This document shows, one piece after another, positions 59,341 to 64,000 of a stretch of 64,000 nucleotides of DNA. This DNA comes from Anthoceros angustus (taxonomy: Eukaryota > Plantae > Anthocerotophyta): assembly GCA_010909165.1 (NCBI GenBank), contig MU008166.1, forward strand, positions 558,001 to 622,000, read 5' to 3'. How positions within the stretch are numbered: the first letter of the stretch is position 1; every line of letters starts with the position of its first letter. A program made the position numbers and the translations under genes. Below the pieces are notes generated by a model that was given only the letters and a program-made list of their open reading frames with translations, made no database searches and was not told the DNA's origin.

Positions 59341-59769
59341 ATGAGGCAGATGGAGCGTCAGTGCGCGGAGAGCAACGCGAGGGTGGCCCAGCTGGAGGTG
59401 GAGGTTAGCCAACGGCCCACGCAAGTGGCTAACGTAGGATCCAAGGTGTCTAAGCCAAGGCACCTCGAGGGGACGGGAGATGCAACAGAGGTTGAATTGT
59501 GGGTGCACCAGGTGCGAGCCTATCTAGAACTCAGCGGCACGGACCCTCAGCAGTATGTGAGAGTAGCAGCCACGTTTCTTAAGGGAGCTGCCCTGCTATG
59601 GTGGGTTCAACTTTTAGATGCGGTGACACGCGGGGAGGCAACTAGACCTACCAGCCTGCTCGAGTTCTTACAGATGGTGCGTGCTAAGTTTGTGCCTGTC
59701 GAGGGACGACAGGTCGCTAGGGAGAAGCTCGCCGCGCTGCAGCTGACCAACCCAGCATGTCAGATCTAG
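59341..59769 (+). pseudogene. Truncated Ty3/gypsy gag (capsid) ORF
   Basis: KPRHLEG..DATEVELWVHQV..YL...VRVAATFLKGAALLWW...SLLEFLQMVRAKF..AREKLAAL, a Ty3 capsid pattern. Sequence changes character after ~59770. Confidence 0.8.
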
Positions 59770-60389
59770 TCTCGGAAACCCACATTAAAATGTGCCACAG
59801 TGAATTTTTTTGTTTTCTTTGAGTGGTGTGAAAATAAGTCGGATTAATGATGGTTGGGGATATTCATAGTAAAATGTCCTTGGCCTATGGAGTTCTTTTG
59901 TTTTATTGCCTAGGTTAGATAATAAATGGTCCGAAACTCGGTGTTCCTTGGCCCATGGACCTCGGATATCCACTACAAGGTCTATATATGCGGGTAGGGG
60001 TTATTTGGGGTTTTAGGGGTCTAAGTTGGGGTCGACCAGTAGGCGTGGCGAATGAGTATGGGGTTGTGGTGGGGCATGGCGGCGGTCGTGAAGACAACCG
60101 GTGGTGGGGCCAAACTTAACCCTAAGGAAACCGGTAGTGACGGCGTTCAAGCGGAGGCCTGCAGGGAGCGGAGTGGGCGCAGGCTGGGCGTGAGGTCGTC
60201 GAGGCTGCATTCGAGGCGGACCGCGATCGGTCGGAGGCGAGGCGCGATCGTGGTGGAGGCCTCGAACCCTCACTGAAGTCGCAACCCTGGAAGGAAGGCG
60301 GGCCGCGGGCCCGAGGAGGTAGGAACCACAGGCACCTTGGCCGGCGGTGGCACCCGTGAGGCGCGAGACCGGGGACTCTGCGGAAGGAT

Positions 60390-61250
60390 GGCGCCCAAAG
60401 CCACCTGAGATGCGCTTGCCCAATGGCCAAACATGGACCATTGGAAAGTCCATGGGGCACAGTGAAGGAGCTCGGTGGGTTTCATGGAGAAGCGGTGGAC
60501 ACAGGTCGGGGTGAGTGAGTCGCTCGCCACCTAAAGACAAGCAACCGGCGAGGGAATTAGAGCAAAACCTCGGGATTGGGACTGGCATTGGTTAGGGAAG
60601 TGTATGGGCGCGCAAGGAGGAGGCGGAGGTTTGGTGATGGAACCTTCTCGGAAAAGAAGACAGCGTGGCATACAGTGGCGGGCGTAATCGAACCCAATGG
60701 TTGGCGGAGGTGTGGCACATTAATGGTGCAGCGGATGGCTTCTATTCCTCTGACACAAGAAGCGGGATTATTTGTCGACCACTTATTGTTCCTCCATGAA
60801 GTTGTCAAGGCGAAATCGATTGGGGACGAATTCTCTTTGAGAAGTTGAGTGAAGAAAGGTTGAACCTGATTTCTCCTACCCCCCGGCCCTCTCTAATTTC
60901 ACCATTCCTAGTTCATCTTTATGCGCATGCTAACTGCCTGCCAGAGGTAGAAATTGTGGCCTCCCTTCATATGTGGAAGCCAGTCAGGGAGGTGAAGTGG
61001 AAAGCGGAGGAGCCCAAGGAGGAAATCGAGGAGGAATCGGACAGCTGGGAGTCCATGGCGGCAGGGAAGAGAAGGAAATTCTACCAGAAGAGGAAGACCG
61101 GGGCGGCGGGTCAGAAAAAGTGAAGGTGGGCCGCGCGTCACGGTCAGCGGGTGCCGCTACGAAAAAAAAAATGAAAGCCAAAGCGGGCGAGGTGGCGGAG
61201 GAAGAGGCGCGTCCGAGGAAGAAAATTTTTGACTGGATGCGATGATGAGC
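60390..61250 (+). pseudogene. Degraded accessory ORF of a retroelement, family uncertain
   Basis: Cross-frame IRAKPRDW-LALVREVYG...WHTVAGVIEPNGW...LISPFLVHLY followed by an acidic/basic low-complexity tail. The resemblance to accessory ORFs of bryophyte-type gypsy elements is from recollection only. Confidence 0.35.
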
Positions 61251-62959
61251 CACCAGAGGAATTAGGGTGACCTCGGGAGCGGACCCTCCTCGGCATGGGA
61301 AGAGATTTTCAAGGGACTCCACCGCAACAGAGGTGGATGCAACCGAATTGGTGAGGGTGCGCACTTTGTTGGGAAGGAAGGTGCTCGACGGAGGGATGGC
61401 GTCGGCGGGGCCGCCGCAAGTGGAATTGAGCGGCGACATCGATGATGGGCGCCCAGTTGTTGGATCCAAGGCCTTGGCTCTCACATGGCTCGGTGCAAGG
61501 GCGGCGGGAGGAAGTGGTGAAGGCCGGGTTTGAGAAGGAGGCCAGCAACCGGAGGAAGACAAGCGGGCCTTAGAGGAGATAAGATCAAGCTTGAAGATTT
61601 GTGCGGGGCCCGGGGAAGCAGCCATGACGAGTCGTGAGGAAGCTCATGGCTCAAATCAAGGATGCCCACGAGTCAAACCAGAGATGCAGGAGTTGTTGCG
61701 AGCCGAGGCGAGGCGGCCTCGGTGGAAAAGGTCCATAAGCGGAGCGTATAAGCGGGAGCGGATGAGGCACGTGGTGCCGGAAAAGAAGGGAAGCGAGGTG
61801 GCGGGAGGGCTCGTGGCGGGAGGAAGAGGCGCGATCCGAGGAAGGACAGCGGCCGGTGGCGAAACACCTACCACAGTCTTTGGACCAAGCGGTCGTGGAG
61901 ACCACTACCGTGGTAATCCTCGGCAATAGGCGGCGGCAGGCCGGCGCACCCCGAGGACATGGACCGAGCAACGGTGTAGTCTACGGAGGAGGGGTAAGCA
62001 CCTCGCCGAGGTCCTATTATGTTGCGGCACATGGATGAGGAAACTTATGTGGTCTATATGTGAATGGAGGCAGCGTGCTTAACCTCACCGCCCATGTGCG
62101 TGTGGAAATAGGAGGGATCGGGCCTACCTCGCAAGTGAGGACCCGTGCATACTTCTACCATTGCGCCGGTGTGGGGTTGGCCCCTATTATCGGAGGCGAC
62201 TTTGGAGGAGTTGAGTGAGAGGAGGTCCGGCTTGGGTGGATGAGGAACCGTGGTAATCCTCGGCAATAGGCGGCCAGGAGGCGGAAGTTAGGCGGTACAC
62301 CTCAATTAGGACGTCCAGCGGTGAGGTGGAAGTAGTGTGGGAGAACCCGTCCGATCGGCGTGGCGGGAGGCTCGTGGCGGCGGCAATGGAGGACGAGGGC
62401 AGGCGGCCAGTCGAGGGAGGCGCGCGGATAGCGTCGAGGTGGTAGCATCCTAAAGATAATTTGAGGATGCCCCTGGACCTAGGATCGCTTAGAATTGTGG
62501 GTGCGTCCCTTTGGTTTTAGGATCTAAAATCCGGGGCAGGTGCCGGCCGATGTATAAGAGGGGCAACTTTGCCCACCAGATAACTCCGGTTGAGATCCCC
62601 ACGCTGTGGATGGTTGGAGACGTCCGATTAGCGAGGTGGTGTGTGCGAGGCGCTCCTAGGGGTGGTCGAGAGCTTGCTCCAACGGAGGAGGAGGTGATGG
62701 AGCAATCTTGACAAGGAGGAGGAAACCAAGGGATTGGCGCGGGCGGTGGAGCTTGCTCGCACTGCGCCGGGTTCTTCTCCTTCACCTTGTCCCCGAAAGT
62801 TGTGTTCAAATCGAGAAGTGTGAGTGGATGGTTGGAAGCTGTGGGCGAATTGAGGGAGGGAGAGAGAGAGAAGAGATTGGGTGAAGGAGAGATCAAATCA
62901 GTCTGCGATGCGAGGTGTGAGATCGTAAGTGGGAAAGGGGTAATTGGAGGCTAGCGGTG

Positions 62960-63632
62960 GATGTGTGAATTGAGAAACTCAAACCGGTCTTTGGTGGAAA
63001 GTGCACAAGGAAAACAAAGTCTCTAGTAGAAAAGTGGGGTGGCGCCTTTGTGTGTGTGTGTGTGGAGGCGGTGGTATCCTAGGAACTTTGGTCTCTAGGA
63101 ATTGTGTGTGAATTGAGAAACCAAACCGGTCTTTGGTGGAAAGTGCACAAGGAAAACAAAGTCTCTAGTAAAAGTGTGAGTGTGGCGCCTGTGTGTGTGT
63201 GTGTGTGTGTGTGTGGAGTGAGGTGGAATTTGGTCCTAGGAATTGTGTGTGTGTGCATGAAGTGTGGAGTGCCAAATAAAGTCGATCGTGAGCCGGTAGC
63301 CCGTGCTAGGGGCCGCGCGCGGAGATAAGTCGCTAGGGTTTGGTGTGGGACCCACCTCGGTAGTCGTAGCAACTACCGGGTTGTGGAATGAGATTTGCGG
63401 TCGTGAAATGATTTGCGGTCGTTGGACAAGTCGGGGTAGTAGTTGAGTAGATAGGTAAGAGGAGTAATAGCAGTGAGTCCGACTTAGGCAAGGTCGATGG
63501 TGATAGAAGTTAGCGTCTTGGCACAAACCATTCCCTTGGGAGCGAATCCTAAGCCTACAACGACATTGAGGGTGAATGTGGACCTCACGGTGTCCCTGAC
63601 ACAATCCACACTCCACATTTTGGCGCCGTTGC
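62960..63632 (+). mobile_element. 3' part of an LTR with an Athila/Tat-type PBS; the element continues beyond the window
   Basis: LTR-like end CTCCACA (63617) followed by TGGCGCCGTTGC (63621-63632). Upstream are a duplicated ~60-bp block (62964, 63106) and (TG)n tracts. The LTR start was not located. Confidence 0.6.
63189..63215. repeat. (TG)n microsatellite (a shorter tract lies at ~63049-63064)
   Basis: Read directly from the sequence. Confidence 0.95.
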
Positions 63633-64000
63633 GGGAATGGAATCGCTCAGGACGTGGGAAGGACTAACCTAGCTTACGTAGAGTCTAGCATTACTAGATT
63701 GATGGATGCCTCGGGTGGAGACAAGCGATTCGATCCGACTGGGGAAACGCTCGCAAGGCAAGCGCAAGCGGAAAGATTGCGAGAGTTACGAGGAGAGCAC
63801 GGGCGGAGATCACTTCTTTGGGCGAGGAAGGCGGGGAGTCAACTCGGAACTAGGGATCGGATCTTAGCATTGATTCCCAACCTCGACTACTGAAGCGGTA
63901 CAAGGCGGTACAGATCCCCACCTTGTCTTTTGATCTCGCCCATTGCCTAGATCCTGCGTCCGTCAAATTCGTGAATGTAGGATCAGACGTGGCGGCGGCA

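Overview
Repeat-rich nuclear DNA from a seed-free land plant that probably does U-to-C organellar RNA editing. A hornwort or fern is inferred from the DYW:KP-type PPR gene. Host genes: two long intact head-to-head PLS-class PPR genes (a PG-type E+ gene on -, a DYW:KP gene on +), an intronless eIF1A, a KP-type PPR pseudogene and a short PPR relic. Nested transposons fill most of the rest. (i) A decayed Ty3/gypsy element (- strand, ~13.7-33.1 kb) carries a complete cytosine-5 DNA methyltransferase domain between protease and RT, plus a C-terminal PHD remnant. (ii) Inserted in it is a ~13.8-kb TIR DNA transposon with a Sola-like transposase on +. On - it carries a divergent accessory gene with a ParB-like domain, a prokaryotic-type beta-class N6-adenine/N4-cytosine methyltransferase and probable ePHD and Ulp1-like domains. 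(iii) Two related Ty1/copia elements lie tail-to-tail. One has identical LTRs and a 5-bp TSD. Both share an unexplained extra ORF upstream of gag and a probable antisense ORF downstream of pol. (iv) A MULE transposase pseudogene and gypsy fragments occupy 56-64 kb. Repeat regions are full of indels and noisy tandem duplications, so many frameshifts may be assembly errors. All domain calls in those regions come from manual cross-frame translation, not database searches.
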